From Octopus sinensis (taxonomy: Eukaryota): DNA of 49,161 nt. A model generated the notes under the pieces. That model was not told the DNA's origin. It made no database searches and worked only from the letters and a program-made list of their open reading frames with translations. The stretch is from positions 1-49,161 of the forward strand of contig NW_021834374.1 in the NCBI RefSeq assembly GCF_006345805.1, in the 5' to 3' direction. Below, one piece after another: positions 37,951 through 49,161 of the stretch (position 1 is its first letter; every line of letters begins with the position of its first letter). The position numbers were made by a program, and so were the translations under genes.

Positions 37951-38289
37951 TTATTATGTTTTATCTTACATTAAGCACACGTTTGCAGGCTATTTAAGAG
38001 TTAACGAACTAAGTTGAACAGAGAAGAAGAAGAAGGAGAAGAAGACGAAGAAGAAGAAGAAGAGGGAGGAGGAAGAAGAGGGAGGAGGAGGAGGAAGAAC
38101 AGCGGTAGAAGAGCGGAGTAGTAGTAGTAGTAGTAGTTATCATTATTATTATCATCATCATCATCACAATTGTTTATCATAAAAATCATAAATTTGTCTT
38201 TTGTATTTCATTTTCTAGAAAATTCCATAGAGCTAATAATACTCATTAGGATTTGTTAATTTCTTCTCTTCTGAATCAGTAAAAGACCT

Positions 38290-38392
38290 TGTTTTTCTCT
38301 CTCTCTCCCTCTCTCTCTATCCCTCTCTATCTCCTCCTCTCTCTCTCTCTCTCTGCCTCTCTCTCTCTCTGCCTCTCTCTCTCTCTCTCTGC

Positions 38393-38470
<78 letters not shown>

Positions 38471-38578
38471 CTCGCCCTCTCTCTCGTTCTCTTGCTCTCT
38501 CCTTTACTATCTCTTTCTCCCTCTCCCGTTCTTTTTCATCCTCTATCCCTCTCTCTCTTCCTCCCTTTTCGCTCTCCC

Positions 38579-38630
<52 letters not shown>
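38290..38630. repeat. (CT)n/(AT)n/(CTAT)n compound microsatellite
   Basis: Directly visible. Confidence 0.9.
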
Positions 38631-38859
38631 TCCTGCATTTCTACCTCCTCAGGAACAGACATTTAGCAGTTTTGGTCTCCCTGCCTCTTGCCTTATTGTT
38701 TTCGTTTCCGCCCCCAAAACAGGGATACAGCTCCGAAATACCTCTATTGTTTTCGAAAGGTCCATCAGTGCTTTCGAGTCCATACTCATCTCTCCAAACA
38801 TATAGCTTTTGGTAGTTCTGAAAAAACACTTCACAGTAAAGCTCTACACATATAATAGT

Positions 38860-39348
38860 AGAGGTGCAGTGGTCCAGTGGTTAGGGCAGCGGACACGCGG
38901 TCGTAGGATAGCAGTTTCGATTCCCAGACCGGACGTTGTGAGTGTTTATTGAGCGAAAACACCTAAAGCTCCACGAGACTCCGGCAGGGGTTGGTGGCGG
39001 ACCCTGCTGTACTCTTTCACCGCAACTTTGTCGCACTCTTTCTGTTGTACCTGTACTTCAGGTATATATTTGTATATCTGTATAACGCCGGGCCTAGGAA
39101 TCGAAACTGCTATCCTACGACCGTGAGTCCACTGACCTAACCACTGGGCCACTGCACCTCCACTGTTGTACCTGTATTTCAAAGGGCCAGCCTTGTCACA
39201 CTCTGTGTCACGCTGGATCTCCCCGAGAACCACGTTAAGGGTATACGTGTCTGTAGAGTGCTCAGCCTCTTGCACGTTAATTTCACAAGCAGGCTGTTCC
39301 GTTGGTCGGATCAACTGGAGCCCTCGTCGTCGTAATCGACGGAGAGCC
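38860..39348 (+). mobile_element. SINE family D with internal inverted head insertion
   Basis: Head gaggtgcagtggtccagtggttagggcagcgg..gtttcgattccc; tail ..gttggtcggatcaactggagccctcgtcgtcgtaatcgacggag; insertion 39056-39162. Confidence 0.88.
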
Positions 39349-39444
39349 AGGCACGCGCACACATATAATAACGAGCCAACAGTGAACTCCACTGTAAATG
39401 TCTTAGACTATGATCTTGATCTACGCTAATCTAGATATACTGGA

Positions 39445-39655
39445 TTCAAATTTTGACACAAGGCCAGAAATATCGTGGTGCGGTCAAATCAATTACACCG
39501 ACCCCAGTGCTCAACTGATTTTCATTTTATCGATCTTGATAAGACAAAAGGCAAAGTCGACCGCGGCGTAATTTCAACTCAGAAAATGAAACGACGGACG
39601 AAATGCCGCTAAGTATTTTGCCCTATACGGTAACGATTCTGCCAGATAGCCAGCT
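39445..39655 (-). mobile_element. SINE-A
   Basis: ttcaaattttgacacaaggccag...ggcaaagtcgacc...gacgaaatgccgctaag. Confidence 0.75.
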
Positions 39656-39698
39656 TCACGCTAATCAATATATTCGATGTGAGTATAACAACAAGCAG

Positions 39699-39944
39699 TG
39701 GAGGCGCGTGGCTTAGTGGTTAGGGTGTCAGCGTCATGATCGTAAGATTGTGGTTTCGATTCCTGGACCGAGCGACGCATTGTGTTCTTGAGCAAAGCAC
39801 TTCATTTCACGTTGCTCCAGTCCACTCAGCTGGCAAAAATGAGTAACGCTGCGCTGGACTGGCCTCCCGTCCAGCTAGGGAACACATACACCATTGAAAC
39901 TGGAAAACTGGTCTCATGAGCCTGGTTAGGCTTTAATAGGGCGC
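39699..39944 (+). mobile_element. SINE family C, full length
   Basis: tggaggcgcgtggcttagtggttagg...ttgagcaaagcacttcatttcacgttgctccagtccactcagctgg...ggactggc.tcccgtccagc...ctttaatagggc. Confidence 0.9.
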
Positions 39945-40249
39945 ATTTATATTATTATTTTATAGCAACAAGTTTATGAGGTACAATTTGACTTGTGGCT
40001 TCACCTCAACCCCGATATTAAAAACTAAGCATATACCCTCGTTTGTTCTATTCCAGTCACTTAATAACACACTATATACTACTCATGAGTCAGAGGTTCA
40101 TTTAGGTGCTCTATTATATGTACACTCAACGCTCTCCTCCTGATCGCAGAGTGGACTGTGCTTGTTCTTGAATACATCTTTTAGATAATATAGTCTTACA
40201 ACGAAGGTTTTATAAAATATTTTTTTCTTCTTTTTGTCTGCCTTTAATC

Positions 40250-40530
40250 CTCCAACGCGGAATATGGGCCACTTATAATTGAATTCCATGTCGCATAATT
40301 TTTCGCTTCTGTACTTATACTCTGTCATGAATGTCCACCTTTCTCTAATTCCTTTTGTGTTGATCTACGCCACGAGTTCTTAGGCCTACCTTTCTTTCTA
40401 TATCCATCCGGGTTCCAATGTAAAGCACTTTTCGCTACATTTGGTGTGTCTTTTCTAATTGTGCTACCTATCCACTTCCACTTTTTCTTAAATATTTGCT
40501 CCCTAATCGAAACTTCTCCAAGCCCAACTC
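40250..40530 (-). mobile_element. RTE-clade LINE ORF2 C-terminal fragment
   Basis: IREQIFKKKWKWIGSTIRK...KSALHWNPDGYRKKGRPKNSWRR..KELEK.GHS*..EAKNYATW matches the WxWIGH.LR..ALxWNPxGxRxxGRPxxTWRR pattern. Confidence 0.85.
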
Positions 40531-40844
40531 CTCGTCCTAGTCGTGAAAGATGGAAACAAGTAAAGCTGGCCAAGTTTGAATGGGGAAGTTGAATGGGCTA
40601 ATCACCTGTGCAATGGATTTTTTCAAATTGATTACGGAAACACTGAGAGTTATAAAAGATTTCCAGTTGCATAAATCACAGTGCTTTGTGACACATCGCT
40701 GCCACCCTTTCTTTCCGTTACTGGTTTCGATTTAGTTCAAAAGTTGTCTGTATTCAAGAATGTCGACAAAATCCAAACATTCTAAGATCCTCAAATTCTA
40801 ACATTCTCGATAGACAAAATGTATATTTGTGTATCTATGATGAA

Positions 40845-41210
40845 CGGTAGAGTTGACCTCGGTGGATGTTTTAAATCAAAACTTAAAGCCGGACGAAACA
40901 CCGCCAAACAAATTTTGACGCGCGTTAACTATTCAACCAGCTGACCGCCTATTTTGTATTGAAGAATAATGGTAACGTTTTCTTCAATTCATAATGGGTT
41001 TTCATTGACATAAAAACCAGAGTCACTCGTTGAGTACTTCAGTAAATATTAGTTTCAAGTTTTGGCACAAGGCCAGTAATTTCACGGAACGGTCTTAGTC
41101 GATTACATCGACTCCAGTGTCCAGTTCACAAAAGGATGTACAGCAAAGTTCGCCTCGGAGGAACCTGAACTCAGATCGTAAAAACGGACAAAATCCCACG
41201 CCCTAAGTAA
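40845..41210 (-). mobile_element. Two degenerate SINE-A fragments
   Basis: agttgacctcggtgga...gacgaaacaccgcc; ttttggcacaaggccag...gaactcagatcgta. Confidence 0.6.
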
Positions 41211-42351
41211 TCAACCATCTCACGCCCATTATGTATTAAGGAATAATGTTTTCTTCATCACAGGTACGTTTCCATTGACAACAAAACCACAGTCACTCTT
41301 TGAGTACTTCAATAGATATTAAGAAAATAAAATTAGTGTCGCTTCAAATGATAATATTTTAGGCATTATATTATCATTATTTTGTTCTTTTTGTCATTTT
41401 CTAAAATTCATTTATTCATTCAAATCTGCTGCAGACAAAATACAATTTCTATTGTGAAGTATTGTCGTGTATTCTTATTTATTTTATTCATTCACTTATT
41501 TATTTTTTTGTATATTTATTTATTTCATATTGTTTGTTATAGCACAGCGGTCATGAAGTTACAATTCCATTCCGGACTTCTAAATCAATTGATGTATTGG
41601 CCAAATTTAATGGTCCAATCAGCTACCTAATTGAAAACTTACCATTCTTTGTTTCGATGGCATGGTGACAAAAGCAAAAAGAAAAAAACTTTAAATAAAA
41701 TAAATTATTTTCAATGTCTCAATCAGAAAGAGACACACGGACAGACAGATAAACAGACAGATAGAGAGATAGATAGACATACAGACAAAAACAAATTTAC
41801 AAAGTTAATTCACGAAAGAGCAAAAATTATTATCAGCTTTGGAGCAAAATTAAATCATACAAACTAACTGAATATTAGCCAATTTACTGTCTCTAGTGAA
41901 AAACATTCATCATTTACTACCGAAGGTAGTGCAAGTTCCTATCAATTATTTATACTTTAAATATAGACACGTATGAACACAGACAGATATCACCGTATGT
42001 GTGGTTGAGAGCGCAATGAGACAAATGGGTGCAGATGTTTGGACGCTGGCAATTTGGCACGGCTGACTGGACATTGGGGCTTGTTTTAGTGGCAGTACTT
42101 TTTATTTTATTTTTATTTTGGTGCAGGAGGTAAACACAGACAGATACGTATGTGCACAGAAATATATACATAGAGAAGAAAGATTTTACAGTTTATCAAG
42201 TGAAAACCATTGATATAAGAACTCCCATCTTCTCATACCGATAAAGAGAAATATGCCAGCACAGAGGGAGGAAGGGAAAGAGGGAAAGCAAGAGAATGAG
42301 AGAAGCATTAAGATGTCAAATAAGACAGCGTCAAATTAGCGACGCGAAATT

Positions 42352-42653
42352 CTTTGTTCCTTCTCGAGCCACGCTTGGCTCATAAGGGCCGGCTTCCCGG
42401 TTTCCTTGGCGTATAGGTTCCCCACCTGGACAGGACGCCGGTCCGTCGCAGGTGAGCTGCAAGATGCAGGAGGAAAGAGTGAGAGAAGGTTTTGGCGAAA
42501 GATTCAGCAGAAGTTCGCTATTACCTTCTGCCGGAGCCGCGTGGAGCTTAGGCGTTTCGCTTATTAAACGCGCACATCGCCCGATCTGAGATTTGAACCC
42601 GCGATCCCACGACCACGACTCCGCTGCTTTAACCACTAGGCCATGTGCCTCCA
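42352..42653 (-). mobile_element. SINE 'I': tRNA head, D-type body, C-type tail
   Basis: Minus: tggaggcacatggcctagtggttaaagcagcgg..gggttcaaatc..aagctccacgcggctccggcag..gcgacggaccggcgtcctgtccaggtggggaacctatacgcc..gggaagccggccc. Confidence 0.88.
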
Positions 42654-42689
42654 CTACTATTTGGCGCCCACTATCTATCTATCTATCTA

Positions 42690-42875
42690 TCTTATTTATT
42701 TACTACCCACAAGGGGCTACACACAGAGGGGACAAACCAGGACAGATAAACGGATTAAGTCGATTACATCGACCCCGGAAGGGTGAAAGGCAATTTGAAC
42801 TCAGAACGTAACGGCAGATGAAATACTGCGAAGCATTTCGCCCGGCGTGCTAAAGTTTCTGCCATCTCGCCGCCT
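42690..42875 (-). mobile_element. SINE-A monomer with the gccccttgtggg tail variant, internal deletions
   Basis: Reverse complement of the 23634/29163 type unit. Confidence 0.8.
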
Positions 42876-43719
42876 TATCTATCTATCTAACTATCTATCG
42901 ATCGACCGATCGATCAATCGATCTGTCTGTCTAATTATCTACCTCTCTAAATACCTATCTATTTATCTACCTACCTCTCGTTAATTTTGTGCAAGTTTCT
43001 CATCTTTTCTGTATCTCTGTCTCGTTGGCACACTCCATATCCACTTACATTCCTCACACCTCATCTCTCTCTATTCTCTCCTCCTCATACGCATTATTCA
43101 CTCATTCACTTACACCCACTCCTTATCCCTCACTTACTCTTTCTCTCTCCCTCTTCCTCCCCACTTTTCTCTCCTCACTCCCCTTCTCTCTCTCTCTCGC
43201 TAGCCTTCACACTCTATTCCCTTTCTTACGCACAAAAACAACCTCACATAAAATTCTTCAAACAGATTGCATGTTTATCCTTTGAAACTACCTGTTAGCC
43301 AGCATCAATCAATACCAGTTAGCTGTCACATCGCTTCGCAAATCGGTCCTTAGATGTGTGTCCCCTATAATTAGCGTGGCAAAGGACCAAGTAGTTCCCT
43401 CACAGTTCCGTTTTCTTCGGCACGGCTCTATACATCTGACCCATTAGATAACCGTGTTTATTAGATACTAACTGACAGGTTTTCACACCATCAAACAACA
43501 CCTGTTGGTCTTCCAGAGACCCCCTCTGAAACCTATCATCATTACAACAAGGGGCAACTACTGTTATTACTGCTTCTGCTGCTGCTGATGCAGAGGCGGC
43601 GACGGCGCGGGAGAAGACGGTAGTTGCTGTTGTTATTATTGCCCATACATTTATCATTAGCTTTCCTACTTAATATTCTTTCATTCGTTTCTCACTAATT
43701 GAAGCATATAAGGATGTGT

Positions 43720-44150
<431 letters not shown>

Positions 44151-44287
44151 CACATAGATATTTACTAATCTACCGACTGAAGTTCAAATGTTTTGAGTAC
44201 TTCGAAGTGTATCCTATATAGAAATACATGTCCCTAACCTATGTATATGTGGTGTGTGTATGTATATGTGTATATATATGTATATAT

Positions 44288-44344
<57 letters not shown>

Positions 44345-44372
44345 TTATATACTGCGTATGTACGTGTATGTG

Positions 44373-44424
<52 letters not shown>

Positions 44425-44528
44425 AGTTATCAGTAATAATAAAAGGTGAAATAATTAATTAGGGATAATTATCAATTACACCAAGTAGATTCAGCATGTA
44501 AAAGCCCCATTCGAGGAAAATTTAAGTA

Positions 44529-45067
44529 ATACTAAGTAATTAAGGGTTTAGCAACGAATTGCCTCACCAACACACCGAATTTAGAAATAGCAGTCAAAGA
44601 GATATAGCTATTCCTTCTACTAAAAGGGGGATCTCAGTAAAAACACAGCACTTGAAAGGCAAACACAGACAGGTAAGAAAGAAAGAATGAAATGACGGCA
44701 ATCCATCATGCAATTTTACGTTACCTACGGGACGTACGTTTCGAGATCAAGTTTTAGGATAGCGTAAGAATTAGAAAATTCTACTTTACCCGTACTCTTC
44801 TCTCATCGGAGCAGGATACTACAATTATGAATAATTGTATATTAAATTTTGAGATACTAAAACTGATCTCGAAACGTACGTCCGTAGGTAACGTAAAATT
44901 GCATGATGGATTGCTTTCTTTCTTACCTGTCTGTGTTTGCCTTTCAAGTGCTGTGTTTTTACTGAGATCCCCCTTTTAGTAGAAGGAATAGCTATATCTC
45001 TTTGACTGCTATTTCTAAATTCGGTGTGTTGGTGAGGCAATTCGTTGCTAAACCCTTAATTACTTAG

Positions 45068-45070
<3 letters not shown>
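44529..45070. repeat. Near-perfect long inverted repeat (arms 44529-44760 and 44854-45070, ~93-bp spacer)
   Basis: Arms differ by one ~13-nt indel and a few single bases. Confidence 0.95.
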
Positions 45071-45108
<38 letters not shown>

Positions 45109-45281
45109 ATGTGTGTGGTTGTGAGTGTGTGTATACTTAATACATATATTTACTCAATCACACACTTCGGGAGACTATCCGTTTCGATTTCTTCTTAGGT
45201 TTTAACCAATGCAAACCCATTATTCATGTCTTTGTCCGAAATTTGAACCGAGCAACAAACAACAACTGATTCTCGCAACTC

Positions 45282-45427
45282 TTTTGGCGAAAGATTCAGC
45301 AGAAGTTCGCCATTACCTTCTGCCGGAGCTGCGTGGAGCTTAGGCGTTTCACTTATTAAACACGCACATCGCCCGATCTGAGATTTGAACCCGCGATCCC
45401 TCGACCATGACTCCGCTGCTTTAACCA
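45282..45427 (-). mobile_element. SINE 'I' head/body fragment
   Basis: Highly similar to 42489-42635. Confidence 0.85.
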
Positions 45428-45560
45428 ATCTTTGTGATTTGAACGTTTCACAACCATCATCGTACACATAGTAAGTATACAGTGATCGGCTACTATCTCT
45501 GGCTCCCTTCTTGAATCATCCACATTTTACAGGAAAAGCAAAAAAACACGCGAGGAATAT

Positions 45561-46070
45561 GAGCAGGAGTGGCTGTGTGACAAGAATATTGCTTCCCAAC
45601 CACATGGTTACATGGTTCCTGGTTCAGTCCCACTGCGTAACACTTTGGGCAAATGCCTTTAACTACAAAATGGATTAGGTAGATGGAAATTGAAAGAAGC
45701 CGGTCGTTATATAATATATATTTATGAATATGTATATATATATATATATTTATATATACGTATGTATGTATATATATATATTATATATATATATATAAAC
45801 ATATATAATATATGTATGTATGTATTCTGTATGTATAAACGGCTATCATTGAGTGTCTTTGTGTCTATGTTTGTCCCCCATCACTGCTTCACAACCAGTG
45901 TTGGTGTGGTTAGGTTCTCTTAACTTAGCGGTTAGACAAAACAAACCGATAGAATAAGTACCAGGTTTTAAAAACATAAAAGCTTCGATGTCGATTTAAT
46001 CGACTAAAGAGTCTTTAAGGGGTGTCCCAGTATGGCCGCAGTCCAATAAATGAAGGAATGAAAAGATAAG
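45561..46070 (+). mobile_element. SINE-B, degenerate, expanded internal (TA)n
   Basis: gcaggagtggctgtgtg..ggttcagtcccactgcgt..tttgggcaaatg..; 3' cagtatggccgcagtc. Confidence 0.8.
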
Positions 46071-46271
46071 AGATAAAAAGTTATTTTATCTCTCAGTAAA
46101 TATTAATCCGAAGCGACTTGCTATTTTTTTTCTTTTCACGAATGTTTCATTATCTGTAAGTAGACACAACTGTTTTGGTATATCATCCCACATCAGTGCA
46201 AAATAGTAATCTATGAAGTGTATTACTTTCAAATAGTTCAAAATAAAAGACATTTAGATAATAACTGATGA

Positions 46272-46652
46272 GGCTGTGTGGTAAGTAGCCTGCTTACCAA
46301 CCACATGGTTCCGGGTTCATTCCCACTGCGTGGAATCTTGGGCAAGTTTCTTCTACCATAGCCTCTAGCCGACCAAAGCCTTGTGAGTGGACTTGGTAGA
46401 CGAAAACTGAAAGTAGCTCGTCGTATATATGTATATATATGTGTGTGTGTGTGTATGTGTGTTTATGTGTTTGTGTTTGTCGCTTGACAACCGATGGTGG
46501 TGTGTTTACGTCCCCGTTACTTAGCGTTTCGGCAAAAGAGACCGATAGAATAAGTACTAGGCTTACAAATAATAATTCCTATGATCGATTTGCTCGGCTA
46601 AAGGCGGTACTCCGGCATGGCCACAGTCAAATGACTGAAACAAGTAAAAGAG
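46272..46652 (+). mobile_element. SINE-B, well preserved
   Basis: ggctgtgtggtaagtagc..gggttcattcccactgcgtgg..cttgggcaagt..aaatgactgaaacaagtaaaagag. Confidence 0.9.
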
Positions 46653-46859
46653 TAATTGTTGAGACCTTGTCACAAACAATGAGGGAAAAGAAAGATGAGA
46701 AAACTGAAGCACATTTTTGCTATAGACATAAAGAATCTGGTCAGTGTTTGAAATCTTGGCATAGCTTCTGAAACTTTCATCATCTCATGACACACGTCAA
46801 CGTCAACGACAATATCTCAACCAAAAGGAAACAGAAACAGCATAACAATATCAATTTTC

Positions 46860-47045
46860 CTATTAAAGGCACAAGGCGTGAAATTTCATAAAAGGAATTA
46901 CTCAATTATATTGATCCCAGAGTTTAACTAGGATCAAAGGCGAAGAGCAATGTCAACCTCGGCGAAACATGAACTCAGGACATAAAGATCCTAAGAAATT
47001 TTGCCAAGAATTTACTCAGACGCGGTAACAATACTAGCAGCTCAT
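46860..47045 (-). mobile_element. SINE-A remnant
   Basis: aaaggcacaaggc.tgaaattt...gtcaacctcggcg..gaactcag. Confidence 0.55.
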
Positions 47046-47324
47046 CAGGCAGTGGATCTCATTGCTTCTGATCTTCACTGATTGGAAGTGTTATCAAGTA
47101 CATGTTTTCTCCGATCTCTTCATTCCTTTTCGCAGTATTTGCCTCCAGCACGGACGATCATTTGCAAACTCCTCCCATCACAGGACGTCCAGATCAAGCG
47201 ACTTCATATCTCTCTTACAGACATCTTTGAAACGAAGATGGGCTACAGCAAATATTCTGCTCAATACCACATATTTGCTTGCCAGTTGTTTGACCTTAAC
47301 CCGTTGAGCATGTCCGTTGGTGGA
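47046..47324 (+). repeat. Repeat 'K', third copy, split by an RTE fragment
   Basis: K sequence at 47046-47109 and 47235-47324. Confidence 0.8.
47110..47242 (-). mobile_element. RTE/BovB-like LINE ORF2 C-terminal fragment
   Basis: HLRFKDVCKRDMKSLDLDVL*WEEFANDRPCWRQILRKG matches the LRFKDVCKRDMK..WE..A.DR..WR pattern. Confidence 0.85.
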
Positions 47325-47439
47325 TGTTATCTTGGAACCAAAGATAACCTCGACATGATTTGTGTTCAAAATCTATAAAGAGCTGAAAAATACTAAGTGT
47401 CCGATACTTAGACAACGGAGCAATTCCTCGCTCATGTTT

Positions 47440-47880
47440 CTAATTTAGGCACAAGAATGCCATTTTGAAGCGAAGAGGCTAGTCGACTACATTGGCCCCA
47501 ATTCTTGAATTGTACTTTATTTCATCGACCCCGAAAGAGTGAAAGGCAAAGTTGACCTCGGCGAGATTTGATCTCAAAATATAAAGAGCTAAAGAAAAAA
47601 TCCCATAGTAATTTTACCGGTGCTCTAACAATTTTGCCACGCCGTCACTCGTTCCCTTATAGACACTAAGTGAAAACTTGATGAAAGTAGGCATAATTGA
47701 TAACAAAGGACAAGTAATTGTCTAGTTCTTTATTTTACCAACTCCAGGAAATAAAAGAAAAAAATCGACAAGGTCAAGCTTGGCAAGGATTTGAACTTAG
47801 ATTGCAATGGAGTATAACTAAAGATCACGAAGTGCTTTGCTCAACGCGACGCCAGTCTATCGCAGTTTAAGCACAAACTG
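47440..47880 (-). mobile_element. Two degenerate SINE-A copies
   Basis: catcgaccccgaaagagtgaaaggcaaagttgacctcggcgagatttga; second decayed copy ~47730-47880. Confidence 0.6.
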
Positions 47881-48389
47881 GCCTTTCTATTAAAATAATA
47901 ATCTAATTTCAACAATGTTTAATTTAAATATAAACACCTGCATCAGGTGTGCACAAAATTTCAAACATTCTTTTTTTTTTTTTTCAATATCTATTTTTTT
48001 TCGTTTTCTGAAATTATCTGCGGGTTATCACTTTCCTTCTTTTTTTCAGCGAAGTTTTACAGTAAACACCAGAAAACTGACATTTTTTTATTTTCGTATT
48101 TTTTTCTTTTTTATCTAACCAAAATTATAATTAAAACAATGAAGAAAATATACGAATCATGGAAAATATCTTAAACATAACCGCATGTTGGGAGAGAAGA
48201 GGTGAAAATGCTGGCTAATAAAAAAAGTGAAACAAACATTCACACTCTCTTTTTTAATGACACACAAACACGCGTGCAAACGTACATCTAATACATGGAT
48301 GCATACAGCCACCCATTTATTGTAAAACATTTATAGTACGTGTAAAGATATAAAGTGGAACTTCGGTTTATAGTATGTGTAAAGATATA

Positions 48390-48654
48390 CAGTGGGACCT
48401 CGTAAAACGTCTCGGGTAACGAATGGTGCCTCGAGTAACAAACCCGCAAGCCGGAAACAACGGATAGCGACAAGCTGAGAGTATCATCGGGAGAACGACA
48501 GTTCCCTCTAGCTTTCAGTCAGTGCATATTCCCACTCGAATTCACTGTGCCTTCTCTCGAATTTCTTAAGGGAGAAAGAGTTTCGGTTTACGAATATTTC
48601 GGGTGAAGAACAACCATCGGGAACGAATTAAATTCGTACACTGAGGTTCCACTG
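48390..48654. mobile_element. Tigger/pogo-like MITE
   Basis: TA|cagtgggacctcgta ... tacactgaggttccactg|TA; CAGTGG(A/G)ACCTC-type TIRs with TA target-site duplication. Confidence 0.8.
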
Positions 48655-49161
48655 TATATATACAAATATTTCAAACATATTATTTTAAATAAATGCGTGT
48701 ATGTGAGTATAAGTGTGTGTACATTACAGTCTTCAATGCCTTATCCTCAAATGCATGGGTATCCTATATATATATATATCTATAATTATATATATATATA
48801 TATATAGATATATATATTATATATATAGGAGAGGAAAAATTATAATAAGGAATGCTAAATCGAAAGTAAATTTTATAAAAATGGGTGTATAGAAAATTAA
48901 AAAAAGAAAAAAAGTAATAAATCAAACCGGTTTTGAGGGCAAGGCAAATTTCAAGATTGGAAGGGGAAAAGAAATTTTTTTTAAATTGAGGAAGGGGAAA
49001 AAAGAAATTTGCAATGCTTTTTCAAAAAAATAATAATACATATATGCAAAAATTAATAAATAAGTATACAAATACATTGTAGAGTCTTTATGCTTTTAGA
49101 GTTCAATATTAGTCTTGGAAAAAACTTCTTGGAGGATTAGGAATATGTGCTTAATAGTAGT

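Noticed and set aside
39699-39775. tRNA genes at SINE heads (C, D, E, I, F)
   Set aside because: A/B boxes present but each continues into a SINE body and I could not fold a convincing acceptor stem.
43400-43657. 85-aa Ala/Thr-rich ORF as host exon
   Set aside because: Largely degenerate trinucleotide repeat; no recognisable domain.
46265-46290. CTGATGAG as hammerhead core
   Set aside because: Runs into a SINE-B head; no stem II or GAAA.

Overview
AT-rich, repeat-saturated eukaryotic DNA with no intact host protein-coding gene that I can support. The mix of tRNA-headed SINEs, long (AT)n/(TATG)n/(TAGA)n/(AAT)n arrays and a mariner relic looks to me like an octopod (Octopus-like) intronic or intergenic region; this is pattern recognition, not a database result. 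Nearly all ORFs in the track are translated microsatellites. Real content: several SINE families (A, B, C, D, E, I are my own working labels), a mariner transposase pseudogene, three decayed Penelope-like (PLE, GIY-YIG) coding relics, RTE and R4/Dong LINE 3' fragments, Helentron/HINE-like and Tigger-like non-autonomous elements. The most interesting signal is a possible Penelope/hammerhead system: minimal type-I hammerhead ribozyme motifs at 27.3, 32.5, 13.7, 14.1 and 26.4 kb, including a tRNA-headed SINE-like element with a hammerhead-bearing tail that occurs twice with the same inverted-head architecture. Also notable: a 2x2 modular shuffling of SINE bodies and tails, multimeric SINE-A with a recurrent junction, and a near-perfect ~220-bp inverted repeat. 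Novelty could not be checked against Dfam/Repbase. Boundaries of degenerate copies are approximate.
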